This document shows, one piece after another, positions 50,597-61,322 of a DNA stretch of 64,000 nucleotides. The first letter of the stretch is position 1; each line of letters opens with the position of its first letter. Origin of the DNA: an uncultured candidate division Zixibacteria bacterium. GTDB lineage: Bacteria > Zixibacteria > MSB-5A5 > UBA10806. The stretch is from NCBI GenBank assembly GCA_963817915.1, contig CAWFQL010000016.1, positions 288,001 to 352,000 on the forward strand. The letters run 5' to 3'. The notes beneath the pieces were generated by a model. It was not told where the DNA came from. It saw only the letters and a list, made by a program, of their open reading frames with translations, and did no database searches. Made by a program: the position numbers and the translations under genes.

Positions 50597-51016
50597 ATGA
50601 GTGATATGAGAGTATTAAGAATTTTGGCAATCGCAATATCCTTAGGCTTATGTCTATTTTCTATTTCCTATTCTCAGGTGGAAATGGGGACAGCATGCGA
50701 GCCATATGGTTCAGTTACAATTAGCGGTTCACCGGCCCAGGATAATATGGTTGTGATCGCTTATGTCGGTGACACTGAACTTGCCAGAACAGCAACATCG
50801 GGCGGACAATATTCTTTCTTTATTCCCCTAGACGATTCCGGAACTCCTCAGCGCGACGGCTATCGACAAGGCGACATTATTTCGATTCGCATTAATGGCA
50901 ACGCGGCGACACCGGCATTCGAAGCGTTCGCTGGTAGGCAGCGGCGCGATGTAGAAGTCAGCCCCTCGGAAGTTCGACTCGAAACCTGGGGTCGCATCAA
51001 GGCGCTATTCAGATAA
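50597..51016 (+). CDS. Small secreted protein with C-terminal TWGRIKALFR motif
   Basis: Signal peptide, one beta-sandwich-like domain, terminal TWGxIK motif; start uncertain. Confidence 0.7.
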   Translation: MSDMRVLRILAIAISLGLCLFSISYSQVEMGTACEPYGSVTISGSPAQDNMVVIAYVGDTELARTATSGGQYSFFIPLDDSGTPQRDGYRQGDIISIRINGNAATPAFEAFAGRQRRDVEVSPSEVRLETWGRIKALFR

Positions 51017-51118
51017 GTCAAAAAGATAATATTTTGTATTATTGGAAATCGGCGATTAGGCCGATATTTTTTTGCTTAAGAAAATTGCGAATGTCAAATC
51101 AGATTGCAATTGTACACA

Positions 51119-52828
51119 TCAAGGGCAATTACCTCTTAATGGCGCCTGTCCACCCTTAAAATAATTGACCAGATAAACAACATCGAGCCCGTTAGCCGCA
51201 CAGCTTCCATTGGCATCGGCTCTCAATATTGGCGGAGGGATCGGCTGTCCACCTCTGAAATAATTCACGAGATACGTAACATCCAATCCATTCACGGCAT
51301 TATCAGCGTTGGCATCGCCCGAATAAAAATCAGGAAGAACTCTCAATTGACTTTCGATCATAATGGGTAGAGATTGGAATGGCCTTAAATCCGAGCAAAT
51401 TGAAATACCATTATAAATCGCGGTCTGATTATCCGAGAAGTAATCAAGTTGCGCAATTGCCTCAACCGGCGCATCGGCCGATATCGCTATCGATAAACTG
51501 CCTATAAAATATCTGCCGGAGCGCAAATAGTCATAATAATCATGTGAATACGCATACATGACACAATCAAGCGAGAAACGATTTGAATCAATATTGACAA
51601 ATAATGGCCCGAGAAATTGTGGATTCTGCGTAAAATCAAGAATCTCGAAGTAATCGGATGTCAGACTGCAGGCCACCTGAAATCCTAATAGGGAATCAGC
51701 CATAGATAAATACAATTGAACTTCCAGGGTATCACCGGGATATCCATCTGCTGGAGTCATTATTAGAGAATCTTGGGATAAGCTCGGAGATAGATCGGGA
51801 AAGACTATGCCTTCTGATTTATTTATTATGTGAGTAATATCTCCAACCGCAAAAGACATGCCATCATGGTCGACATCACTATTTGCCATTACGCAGCTAT
51901 CAACAGGCACTCCGGCGCGGTCCTCCAGTATGGCTAGAACCAATTCGATATCAGACAGATCATACGGTATTTGATTACAATTTAAGTCGCCATCAAAAAA
52001 ATATCGATTATTATGGTAGTATTCAATTGCGTTAGTAATGTGATTTACGAATATCGGGCCAACGGTTTGATTGGCCAGGAGATTCGGATGTGAATCGCCC
52101 CCTGCGCCGCCATATGCCTCGCGAAGGCAGTTGTAATAAATCGATGTCGGGTCGTGTTCCATTAGATAATGTCTGAAATCAAAGACACATATGTTTAGAT
52201 GGGCCCAGCTATATTCCGGTGACATCAGCCAATCCGCGAAACGCTGAGCGCGGGCGGCATTCTCGGGAGTTGTGGCGCTTCTTACCAATGGCGGCGGAGT
52301 CATTGGAATGAAAATCTTTTCCGGATGGGCATCCATGATATTGCGAATAGCCAGATACCAATTCTGATAGTCAGTCAACATTTGTTCGCTCGAAATATCG
52401 CTTGCCGGAAAACAGGATTTAAAAATAATTACGTCATGAGTAACAGTATCCGCCCCCATCGGATGAGGCAGGAGAAATCTGCTCAAAGCATTGTCCGGCG
52501 GATTATGCACCGGCAGCATGAACAAATTATATAAACCAATCGGATCGGTATTATCGTTTGGAATATTATAGTTATTGTAATAGTTGCCGTTTTGGTCGTG
52601 CACACCATCGCCATTATACCCATGATCCCAGAATTCGAGATTCGCTCCGAACTGAGTGTTGTAGGCCGCAATCAGGCTTCGCACCGCGCCCTGATTAATG
52701 AGATTACCACCGGTAGAGTGATGTAAAAAAATAATATTAGAAAAATCTTCATCTTGAGCAAACAGTGGTATGCCATAGCAAAAAACTAAGATCATCAGCC
52801 AGCATGCTATTTTTTTCATTGAGACCAT
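51119..52828 (-). CDS. Secreted protein: SGNH-like N-domain, cohesin-like middle, two dockerin-like domains
   Basis: FLHHSTG, FKSCFP, DSHPN; GDLNCN...SDVDHDG; GDANADNAVNGLDVTYLVNYF repeated. Confidence 0.7.
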   Translation of the reverse strand: MVSMKKIACWLMILVFCYGIPLFAQDEDFSNIIFLHHSTGGNLINQGAVRSLIAAYNTQFGANLEFWDHGYNGDGVHDQNGNYYNNYNIPNDNTDPIGLYNLFMLPVHNPPDNALSRFLLPHPMGADTVTHDVIIFKSCFPASDISSEQMLTDYQNWYLAIRNIMDAHPEKIFIPMTPPPLVRSATTPENAARAQRFADWLMSPEYSWAHLNICVFDFRHYLMEHDPTSIYYNCLREAYGGAGGDSHPNLLANQTVGPIFVNHITNAIEYYHNNRYFFDGDLNCNQIPYDLSDIELVLAILEDRAGVPVDSCVMANSDVDHDGMSFAVGDITHIINKSEGIVFPDLSPSLSQDSLIMTPADGYPGDTLEVQLYLSMADSLLGFQVACSLTSDYFEILDFTQNPQFLGPLFVNIDSNRFSLDCVMYAYSHDYYDYLRSGRYFIGSLSIAISADAPVEAIAQLDYFSDNQTAIYNGISICSDLRPFQSLPIMIESQLRVLPDFYSGDANADNAVNGLDVTYLVNYFRGGQPIPPPILRADANGSCAANGLDVVYLVNYFKGGQAPLRGNCP

Positions 52829-53050
52829 CCTTAAAATTAAAAGAAGTTCATCGGTAGGATTAATATATGAAAATATTGCATGATTGGCAATAGGTCATTC
52901 GCATCTAAATGCGTGCGAATCAATTCTGGACCGCTATAATTGGCGCAGGGGTTCGAGCCCCGCTTCCCCCTTATTGAAAAGAGATCTAAGGCGCCCCTGA
53001 CAAATTTGCTTATTTTCAGAAAGTAGCCAATATTACTTTCAAAGCCGACA

Positions 53051-53099
53051 TTTATGAAGTTTTTACATTACTTCGTTGAAAATTTACAGATTTTTTACG
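53051..53099 (+). promoter_or_regulatory. Putative KdpE binding sites
   Basis: TTTATG/TTTACA/TTTACA/TTTACG at 53051, 53062, 53083 and 53094; two 11-bp-spaced pairs resembling the E. coli KdpE box. Confidence 0.65.
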
Positions 53100-53191
53100 G
53101 GATATATTAGTATATGTCTACGCAATGCGAAAATTGGATTGGGCATCACATCATGATCCTGGATGCCAGCGCATTAGCAAAGGATAATTGT

Positions 53192-53278
53192 ATGGATTTT
53201 ATAATCGCAGGAATAATTGCAATCGTGCTATTGGGCTATTTGGTTTATGTGATCATTAATTCTGATAAAATCGAATAG
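53192..53278 (+). CDS. kdpF: K+-transporting ATPase subunit F (not in ORF track)
   Basis: MDFIIAGIIAIVLLGYLVYVIINSDKIE, 28 aa single TM, AAGGA RBS, directly before kdpA. Confidence 0.85.
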   Translation: MDFIIAGIIAIVLLGYLVYVIINSDKIE

Positions 53279-53286
53279 GGGGCATA

Positions 53287-54975
53287 ATGCCGCCAAATGA
53301 TATTATTCAAGTCATAATATATATAGCCGCGTTAATAGCGCTGACTCCTATTCTCGGAGCGTACATTGCGCGAGTATTTACGGGCAAGAATCGCATCCTT
53401 CAGAGCATTTTCGGCTGGGCAGAAAAAGCAATTTATCGAGTCTGCGGGATTGATCCCTCTGAAGAAATGACCTGGAAACAATATGCAGGCGCATTAATAG
53501 CATTTAATGCGTTGGGCTTTCTTGCAGTCTTTTTTCTTCAGATTTTCCAACACGGGCTGCCGCTAAATCCGCAGCGCCTGGCGGATGTCTCCTGGCACTC
53601 ATCTTTCAATACCGCAATTAGCTTCATGACCAATACAAACTGGCAGGGATATGCCGGCGAGACAACCATGAGCTACCTGACCCAGATGCTTGGTCTATGT
53701 GTCCAAAATTTCCTGAGTGCCGCTACGGGCATAGCTGTTTTCATTGCGCTTACCAGAGGCATAATTCGCAAGACAACCACAGTCATCGGTAATTTCTGGA
53801 CAGATATTGTTAAATCCACCCTATATATACTATTGCCATTTTCAATTATTCTTGCGGTTGTATTGATTACTCAGGGCGTTGTGCAGACATTTTCTAATTA
53901 CAGTGAGATTACTACTATGGAAGGGGTCAAAGAGATTATCCCATTGGGCCCGGCGGCATCCCAGATTGCCATAAAGCAAATCGGCACCAACGGCGGAGGA
54001 TTTTTCAATGCCAACAGCGCCCATCCATTCGAAAACCCCACACCATTTTCAAATTTTTTGGAGATGCTTTCTATTCTCCTGATCCCTGCGGCTTTGACTT
54101 ATACATTTGGGAGGTTGACAAATAATAAACGACACGGCCAGATAATCTTCGCGGTCATGTTGATTATGTGGCTGGCCGGGCTTGGACTATCTCTCTACTC
54201 GGAATACAGAGGCAACCCGACTTATGGCGGAATATCGTTGGAGGGAAAGGAAACTCGTTTCGGCGTAGCCAATAGCGTCATCTGGTCGACAGCCACGACA
54301 GTGGCCTCTAACGGTTCTGTCAATGCCATGCACGACAGCCTTACTCCTATCGCGGGCGGTGTTGCCATATTTAATATCATGCTTGGGGAAATAATATTTG
54401 GCGGTGTGGGAGCGGGAATGTATGGCATGCTTCTGTTTATTTTATTGACTGTATTTTTGGCCGGACTGATGGTCGGGAGAACCCCTGAATATCTCGGTAA
54501 GAAAATTGAAGCCAAAGAAATGCAAATGGTGATATTGGCTATTTTGGCTCCTTGCGCCGTTATCTTGATTGGATCGGGAATTGCGGCAGTTATTCCAGTA
54601 GGATTAACCAGCCTGGCGAATAATGGGCCTCATGGGTTAAGTGAGATTCTCTATGCCTTCTCGTCGGCCGCCGGCAATAACGGCAGTGCTTTTGCCGGAC
54701 TAAATGCTAATACCGTTTTTTATAATTTGACACTGGGACTTGCCATGTTAATCGGCCGTTTCGCGGTAATTATTCCAGTCTTAGTGATCGCCGGAAGCCT
54801 GGCCTTGAAAAAGGATACTCCGGTATCGGCGGGTACATTCACCACCGATAATGCCATTTTTGCAGTTCTTCTGATCTCGGTGATTTTGATAGTCGGGGCA
54901 TTGACATTTTTCCCGTCGTTGACGTTGGGTCCGATAATTGAGCAATTCCTGATGAATTCAGGAAGATTGTTTTAG
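53287..54975 (+). CDS. kdpA: K+-transporting ATPase subunit A
   Basis: [32 protein letters not shown]. Confidence 0.97.
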   Translation: MPPNDIIQVIIYIAALIALTPILGAYIARVFTGKNRILQSIFGWAEKAIYRVCGIDPSEEMTWKQYAGALIAFNALGFLAVFFLQIFQHGLPLNPQRLADVSWHSSFNTAISFMTNTNWQGYAGETTMSYLTQMLGLCVQNFLSAATGIAVFIALTRGIIRKTTTVIGNFWTDIVKSTLYILLPFSIILAVVLITQGVVQTFSNYSEITTMEGVKEIIPLGPAASQIAIKQIGTNGGGFFNANSAHPFENPTPFSNFLEMLSILLIPAALTYTFGRLTNNKRHGQIIFAVMLIMWLAGLGLSLYSEYRGNPTYGGISLEGKETRFGVANSVIWSTATTVASNGSVNAMHDSLTPIAGGVAIFNIMLGEIIFGGVGAGMYGMLLFILLTVFLAGLMVGRTPEYLGKKIEAKEMQMVILAILAPCAVILIGSGIAAVIPVGLTSLANNGPHGLSEILYAFSSAAGNNGSAFAGLNANTVFYNLTLGLAMLIGRFAVIIPVLVIAGSLALKKDTPVSAGTFTTDNAIFAVLLISVILIVGALTFFPSLTLGPIIEQFLMNSGRLF

Positions 54976-54983
54976 GTGATGTC

Positions 54984-57080
54984 ATGTCGGCAAAATCATT
55001 AAATATCTTTGGGACCGGCCTCCTCAAAAGCTCAATTGCAGGCGCCTTCAAAAAGCTATCTCCGCGAGAGGAAATCAGAAACCCGGTAATGTTTGTAACA
55101 TGGGTTGGGGCAATCATGACGACGATTATATTCACATTTAAGCTTATTGGGGGGATCTTTTCCGGGTTTGAATTACAGATTACTCTTTGGCTTTGGTTTA
55201 CCGTATTATTTGCCAATTTCGCCGAGGCGACTGCGGAGGGCCAGGGAAAAGCAATGGCCGAAAGCCTTAGACGTTCGCGAGTGGAAGTACATGCCCGGCT
55301 CTATAAGAATGGAGTCGAATCGAAAATCCCGGCCTCAGCTTTAAAAAAAGGTGAAATCGTTATCTGCGAATCAGGCGATATAATTCCTGCGGATGGAGAG
55401 ATAATCGAAGGAATTGCCAGCGTAGATGAATCGGCTATCACCGGCGAATCCGCGCCAGTAATCCGGGAAAGCGGCGGCGATAGAAGCGCGGTTACAGGCG
55501 GAACAAGAGTCATCAGCGACCGAATAATAATTCGCGTTACCTCTACTCCGGGAAATTCATTTATCGATCGCATCATTGCAATGATTGAGGGGGCTCGAAG
55601 GCAAAAGACACCGAATGAAATCGCTCTGAATATTGTCTTAGCCGGAATGACTATCATATTTCTTTTAGCTGTATCCACGCTCAAATTCTTTGCAGATTAC
55701 AGCAGTAATGTAAGCGGTCAGGACTTGTCAAATATTGTTACCGTTCCAGTATTGATTGCGCTTTTGGTATGCCTGATTCCCACAACTATCGGCGGTCTTT
55801 TGAGCGCTATAGGGATTGCGGGCATGGGACGTTTGATTCGTCAAAATGTAATTGCCAGGAGTGGCAGGGCTATCGAAGCCGCCGGCGATATCGATATCTT
55901 ATTGCTTGATAAAACTGGCACGATAACTTTCGGGAATCGAATGGCTGTGGAGTTTATTCCGGCGCCAATGATATCAGTCCAGCATTTGGCCGAGGCGGCT
56001 CAGTTGGCATCATTGGCAGATGAAACTCCCGAAGGACGATCTATAGTTGTACTTGCCAAAGAGAAATATGGTATGCGTGCTCAAAAACTGACACCGAGTC
56101 AGGCTCGGTTTATCCAATTTTCGGCTCAGTCAAGGATGAGCGGTATCGATGTTCTCGACAATGACGGAAGCGTATCACTCTCAATCAGAAAAGGCGCCGT
56201 TGACGCAATAGCCAAGTATGTTGGCGGCAACAGCAACAACTTCCCGGCGCAGCTTCAAGAGTCTGTCGCGCGAATTTCGAATTCCGGCGGCACACCCTTA
56301 GCAGTGGCCGATGAGAAACATTATCTGGGTATAATTCATTTAAAAGATGTAGTTAAGGGCGGCATCAAAGAACGATTCGCGCAACTTCGAAATATGGGCA
56401 TAAAAACCATCATGATAACTGGCGACAACTCCATGACCGCGGCTGCAATTGCAGCGGAGGCAGGCGTCGATGATTTCATCGCCCAGGCAACTCCGGAATC
56501 TAAGCTCGAGCGAATCAGATTAGAGCAAACTGCCGGTCATCTCGTGGCAATGACAGGTGACGGCACTAATGACGCACCGGCGTTGGCTCAGGCAGATGTC
56601 GCTGTAGCCATGAACACCGGCACCCAGGCGGCGCGCGAGGCGGGCAATATGGTTGATCTCGACAGCAACCCGACTAAACTGATTCAGATTGTTGAAATAG
56701 GAAAACAGCTTCTAATGACAAGGGGGGCGTTGACCACTTTCAGTATTGCCAACGACGTGGCCAAATATTTTGCTATTATTCCTGCTATTTTCGGGACACT
56801 TTATGCCGCATCGGGTAACTCCATCGGACCCCTTTCCGCATTGAACTTAATGAGATTGCATTCGCCTCAAAGCGCGATATTAAGCGCGATTATATTTAAC
56901 GCTCTAATTATAGTCGCCTTAATCCCATTGGCGCTTCGCGGCGTTAATTATAGAGCTCAAAATGCGTCCGCCCTCCTGCGAAAGAACTTATTGCTATACG
57001 GCGTCGGCGGGTTAATTGCACCGTTTGCCGGAATCAAGCTGCTCGATCTTTTTATCGTCGCGATTGGATTGGTAAGGTGA
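54984..57080 (+). CDS. kdpB: K+-transporting ATPase subunit B
   Basis: [24 protein letters not shown]. Confidence 0.97.
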   Translation: MSAKSLNIFGTGLLKSSIAGAFKKLSPREEIRNPVMFVTWVGAIMTTIIFTFKLIGGIFSGFELQITLWLWFTVLFANFAEATAEGQGKAMAESLRRSRVEVHARLYKNGVESKIPASALKKGEIVICESGDIIPADGEIIEGIASVDESAITGESAPVIRESGGDRSAVTGGTRVISDRIIIRVTSTPGNSFIDRIIAMIEGARRQKTPNEIALNIVLAGMTIIFLLAVSTLKFFADYSSNVSGQDLSNIVTVPVLIALLVCLIPTTIGGLLSAIGIAGMGRLIRQNVIARSGRAIEAAGDIDILLLDKTGTITFGNRMAVEFIPAPMISVQHLAEAAQLASLADETPEGRSIVVLAKEKYGMRAQKLTPSQARFIQFSAQSRMSGIDVLDNDGSVSLSIRKGAVDAIAKYVGGNSNNFPAQLQESVARISNSGGTPLAVADEKHYLGIIHLKDVVKGGIKERFAQLRNMGIKTIMITGDNSMTAAAIAAEAGVDDFIAQATPESKLERIRLEQTAGHLVAMTGDGTNDAPALAQADVAVAMNTGTQAAREAGNMVDLDSNPTKLIQIVEIGKQLLMTRGALTTFSIANDVAKYFAIIPAIFGTLYAASGNSIGPLSALNLMRLHSPQSAILSAIIFNALIIVALIPLALRGVNYRAQNASALLRKNLLLYGVGGLIAPFAGIKLLDLFIVAIGLVR

Positions 57081-57085
57081 TATTC

Positions 57086-57667
57086 ATGAAAATTATCAAA
57101 CAGGTATTAAAACTATTCTTGATTTTAACGGTCTTGACTGGAGCTATATACCCGCTCTTAATTTCATTTATTGGTCAGACTATCTTTCCAATTCAAGCAA
57201 ATGGCAGCTTGATAAGCGTCAACGGCAGAATTATCGGATCTAAACTCCTGGGACAAAAATTCACCGAGAATAAATATTTCTGGCCTCGGCCATCCGCGGT
57301 CGACTACAATCCATTGCCATCGGGAGGATCTAATTTGGGGATGACAAGTCGTGCGCTTGCGGATTCGGTATTGGCGCGAAAAGCGGCTTTGAGAAATTCA
57401 AACTCCGGAACCGGCCAAGTACCTTCTGACCTTTTATTCTCGTCGGGGAGCGGGCTTGATCCTGATATTTCGCCTGCAGCCGCCAAATTCCAAATCGATC
57501 GAGTCGCGCATGCGCGCGGACTTGACAATAACGAGAAAATGAAGCTAATTAATATTGTCGATAAACATATCGAGCGGCCGGATTTTGGTATTTTAGGAGT
57601 TCCTCGGATAAACGTCCTCAAGCTCAATCTGGCGCTTGATTCGACTTTCGCAGCGAATAGCCAATGA
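57086..57667 (+). CDS. kdpC: K+-transporting ATPase subunit C
   Basis: QANGSL, YFWPRPSA, SGSGLDPDIS, NVLKLNLALD. Confidence 0.96.
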   Translation: MKIIKQVLKLFLILTVLTGAIYPLLISFIGQTIFPIQANGSLISVNGRIIGSKLLGQKFTENKYFWPRPSAVDYNPLPSGGSNLGMTSRALADSVLARKAALRNSNSGTGQVPSDLLFSSGSGLDPDISPAAAKFQIDRVAHARGLDNNEKMKLINIVDKHIERPDFGILGVPRINVLKLNLALDSTFAANSQ

Positions 57668-60354
57668 GAGACGATATTAGGCCAAATCCCGACGCCTTGC
57701 TTAAGGCGCTTCAAAAAACCGATCGTGCGGACAAAAAAGGGAAACTTAGTATCTTTTTTGGAATGGCCGCCGGGTCTGGAAAAACATATGCAATGCTGGA
57801 GGCGGCGCAAAGTCGACTCAAGGATGGCATAGATGTTATTATAGGTATAGTAGAGACTCATGGTCGAGTTGAAACCGAAGCGCTCTTGAATGGCTTGCCA
57901 TCGATTCCCAGAAGAAAATTCCCCTATCATAACACGATGCTTGAAGAATTTGATATAGATGCCACACTTTCTCGCCATCCGTCATTAGTATTGGTCGATG
58001 AACTCGCGCATACTAATATCCCCGGCTCCCGGCACGCCAAACGTTGGCAGGATGTAATCGAATTACTCGATGCCGGTATCGATGTCTATTCAACTCTCAA
58101 TGTGCAACATATCGAAAGCCGGAAAGAAAATATCGAATCGATTACCGGAATTGCTATCCACGAAATGGTCCCCGATTCACTTCTGGAGCGTGCGGCACAG
58201 ATTGAACTTATCGATATTACTCCGGCAGATCTTCTAAAGCGGCTTCAAGAAGGCAAAGTATACCTGGGCGATATGGCTGGCCGGGCTATCGACAATTTTT
58301 TCAAAGAAGACATACTATCCGCACTTAGAGAAATTGTTCTTCGACTAACAGCGGAAAAAGTCGAGAATGATCTTCAAGTATTGTTGACTCTAAGAGGAAT
58401 GGCCGCCGGCTGGAAATCAACCGAGCGTCTAATGGTAGCGGTCAGCCATAGTCCTTATTCCGAGGGATTAATCAGGGCTACACGGAGACTTGCATATGCA
58501 CTGGAAGCCCCGTGGATTGCTGTATATGTAGATACCGGAGCTACTCTAAATTCCGAGGATAAGATTCAGCTTTCCAAAAACCTGGCCTTAGCGGAGGAGC
58601 TGGGAGGTGAAAATATTTTGACAGCTGGCCCCGATGTCGCGGATGCATTAAAAAGAATCGCCAGGCAAAGAAATGTAACCCAAGTAATATTCGGAAGGCC
58701 TGTCCGTAGATGGTTTAGAGATATATTTGGAGGCGGGACTCCTTTGGAAAAATTGGTCAGAGAAAGCGGGCAATTTGATGTCCTTGTTTTGAGGCAGGAT
58801 CGGCCGCGGGATCGCGCCGATCATCGAATCCATTGGCCCACGTTGGAATCCGGCTTGTTATCATATTGGTATATTTTATGGTTTTTAGGGGCAGTATCGT
58901 TGGTAAACTATTTTTTGAATCCGATTATAGGATATCGTGCAACCGGGTTTATATTTCTTTTGTCTATTCTATTCATCAGCTTATTCGTATCACTCGGGCC
59001 GATATTATTCGCGGCGATATTGAGTTCATTGATCTGGGATTTTTTCTTCATCCCACCCGTAGGCACTTTTACCATAAGACAGCCCGAGGACGTTATCATG
59101 GGACTGGCTTATTTTGTAGCTGCCGTGGTTACGGGGATATTGACTCATAGAATTCGCAGGCGCGAAACATTGCTGCTTCATAGCGAGGAACGCACTTCCA
59201 CTCTTTATGAAATCGTTAAATCGATAGCGGCTACAGGTGATAAAAAACAGTTCATCGATATTGCGACCGGTCGGCTTGGCATAGCATTAAATGGGGAATT
59301 TAAAGTGCTGTTGAGCGACTCCAATAAAACATTGCGCCCATTAGGAACCCCGGAAGATTGGAAAGGAATTTCAGATCATGAAATGGCCGTCGCAAAATAT
59401 GTATTTGAGAATAAAAAACCTGGTGGATGGTCTACGGATACGCTTCCTTCGGCAGACGCTTTATACCTGCCTCTGATAGGTACATCGGATATTGTGGGAG
59501 TGCTGATTTTCAATCCAAAATCGAGAACGAGGCTGGTGCCCGAAGATATGGAATTCCTGCTTACGGTTACGCGGCAACTGGCAATAGGAATTGAGCGCGA
59601 AATTCTCAATGAAAAATCAAGGCAGGCGGGACAATTGCAGGAATCGGAACGGTTGCACCAGACTATTCTTGATTCAATATCGCATGAAATTCGCACTCCA
59701 CTAACCGCTATTATTGGAGCATCCTCTGCTCTTCAAGATAACAAAATAGCTGAAAATATCGAGACCAGGAATGAATTGACGAGAGAGCTAATCGATGCTT
59801 CCGAAAGGTTGAACATTGTCGTGGAAAATCTACTGGATACTTCTCGTCTCAATTCCGGAATGCTCAAACTTAAATTGGAATGGTGCGACCCCAAGGATAT
59901 CATTTCGGTGACGTTGGAATCATTGAGTAAAGTATTAGAAAACCACAAAATTGAAGTGTCTATGCCCGAAACACTCCCCTTGTTATTTGTCGATTTCCAT
60001 CTAATAGAGCAGGTTCTATCAAACCTTATCCGAAATGCCATCATTGCTACGCCAACCGGCAAAAGAATCAAAATTGAAATCAAATCAAACACAGAATCCT
60101 TTGAGATTATCGTCTCCGATTCCGGGCCTGGCGTACCCGACGACGCCATCAAGAATATTTTCAAGCGGTTTTATAGAGTTGTAGGCACGCGGGCGGGGGG
60201 AATGGGCCTTGGTCTTTGGCTGGCTGATAATATTATTGAATTACATGGTGGCAAAATATCGGCGCACAATCGGCCGGGTGGTGGTGCGGATTTTGTTGTT
60301 CGGCTTCCGTTAAGCCCGCAACCGCAAATTCCACCCGAGGCGGACAATGGCTAA
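57664..60354 (+). CDS. kdpD: Sensor histidine kinase KdpD
   Basis: GKTYAML, VDELAHTN, Usp domain, 4 TM, GAF, SHEIRTPL. Confidence 0.96.
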   Translation: MRDDIRPNPDALLKALQKTDRADKKGKLSIFFGMAAGSGKTYAMLEAAQSRLKDGIDVIIGIVETHGRVETEALLNGLPSIPRRKFPYHNTMLEEFDIDATLSRHPSLVLVDELAHTNIPGSRHAKRWQDVIELLDAGIDVYSTLNVQHIESRKENIESITGIAIHEMVPDSLLERAAQIELIDITPADLLKRLQEGKVYLGDMAGRAIDNFFKEDILSALREIVLRLTAEKVENDLQVLLTLRGMAAGWKSTERLMVAVSHSPYSEGLIRATRRLAYALEAPWIAVYVDTGATLNSEDKIQLSKNLALAEELGGENILTAGPDVADALKRIARQRNVTQVIFGRPVRRWFRDIFGGGTPLEKLVRESGQFDVLVLRQDRPRDRADHRIHWPTLESGLLSYWYILWFLGAVSLVNYFLNPIIGYRATGFIFLLSILFISLFVSLGPILFAAILSSLIWDFFFIPPVGTFTIRQPEDVIMGLAYFVAAVVTGILTHRIRRRETLLLHSEERTSTLYEIVKSIAATGDKKQFIDIATGRLGIALNGEFKVLLSDSNKTLRPLGTPEDWKGISDHEMAVAKYVFENKKPGGWSTDTLPSADALYLPLIGTSDIVGVLIFNPKSRTRLVPEDMEFLLTVTRQLAIGIEREILNEKSRQAGQLQESERLHQTILDSISHEIRTPLTAIIGASSALQDNKIAENIETRNELTRELIDASERLNIVVENLLDTSRLNSGMLKLKLEWCDPKDIISVTLESLSKVLENHKIEVSMPETLPLLFVDFHLIEQVLSNLIRNAIIATPTGKRIKIEIKSNTESFEIIVSDSGPGVPDDAIKNIFKRFYRVVGTRAGGMGLGLWLADNIIELHGGKISAHNRPGGGADFVVRLPLSPQPQIPPEADNG

Positions 60355-61024
60355 AATACTTATTATAGATGACGAGGCAGCCATCAGGCGACTGCTCAAT
60401 GTAAGCCTGAAGTCACAGGGTTATATTATTGTCGAAGCAGCAAGCGGGAAGCAAGGGATTGAACAGGCGGCAATGGCTCACCCTGATATTATTATTTTAG
60501 ACCTTGGTTTACCTGATATTGATGGCATTAAAGTGCTGAAATCTATTCGGGAGTGGAGCCATGTTCCGATAATTATCCTGACGGTCAGGGATTCTGAGGT
60601 CGATAAGGTATCATTACTCGATGCCGGCGCCAACGATTATATCACCAAACCATTTGGTGTCCCTGAGCTTCTGGCACGAATCCGGGTGGCATTGAGATCA
60701 TCCCAAATCGCGGATGATGAATCGATATTTAAATTCGGTCCTTTAGAAATCAACTTTGCCGCACATTTAGTGAAAGTAAATGGCGAAATAATCAGGTTGA
60801 CAGATACTGAATACCGCCTGCTCAGTCTTTTAGCCAAAAACGCGGGCAAGCTTCTGACACAAAGACAGTTGCTCAAAGAAGTTTGGGGAATCTCCGCCAT
60901 CGAGCATACTCATTACTTGCGTATTTATATCGCCCAGATTCGCCACAAAATTGAGGAAGACCCATCGCGTCCTCAGATGATAATCACTGAGCCGGGAGTT
61001 GGATATAGAATGAATGCCGATTGA
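60347..61024 (+). CDS. kdpE: Response regulator KdpE
   Basis: LDLGLPDIDG, KPFG, YLRIYIAQIRHKIE, TEPGVGYR. Confidence 0.95.
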   Translation: MAKILIIDDEAAIRRLLNVSLKSQGYIIVEAASGKQGIEQAAMAHPDIIILDLGLPDIDGIKVLKSIREWSHVPIIILTVRDSEVDKVSLLDAGANDYITKPFGVPELLARIRVALRSSQIADDESIFKFGPLEINFAAHLVKVNGEIIRLTDTEYRLLSLLAKNAGKLLTQRQLLKEVWGISAIEHTHYLRIYIAQIRHKIEEDPSRPQMIITEPGVGYRMNAD

Positions 61025-61065
61025 CAGTTATTGTTCTATAAAGGCAATATAGTTATAATCACAGC

Positions 61066-61090
61066 GCGTCCCCAAGGTGATTCGAACCCC
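61066..61090 (-). other. tRNA 3'-end remnant (tRNA-Glu-like)
   Basis: GGGGTTCGAATCACCTTGGGGACGC resembles the T-arm and acceptor 3' strand of tRNA-Glu; no 5' half nearby. Confidence 0.5.
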
Positions 61091-61140
61091 GGGGACTTAT
61101 ACTTTATGCTAATAAGTTACTCGACATGTAATAAATTTGT

Positions 61141-61168
61141 CTTAAAGCAAAATAATTAATAATGGGCG
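61141..61168. terminator. Hairpin between convergent kdpE and the surface-protein gene
   Basis: AATGGGCG...CGCCCATT. Confidence 0.5.
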
Positions 61169-61322
61169 ACCCTGAGGCCGCCCATTGAATGAATCGAAGA
61201 GCGCGATTGATGCTACACCTCTCGGAGCTAAGCCGCCATGAAAATTGAGCTGGCCGCTACCCAAATCGAAAATGCAATCAATCGAGGATTCATCTTGTTT
61301 TTTCCTCTTTTATCTCTAGTAC

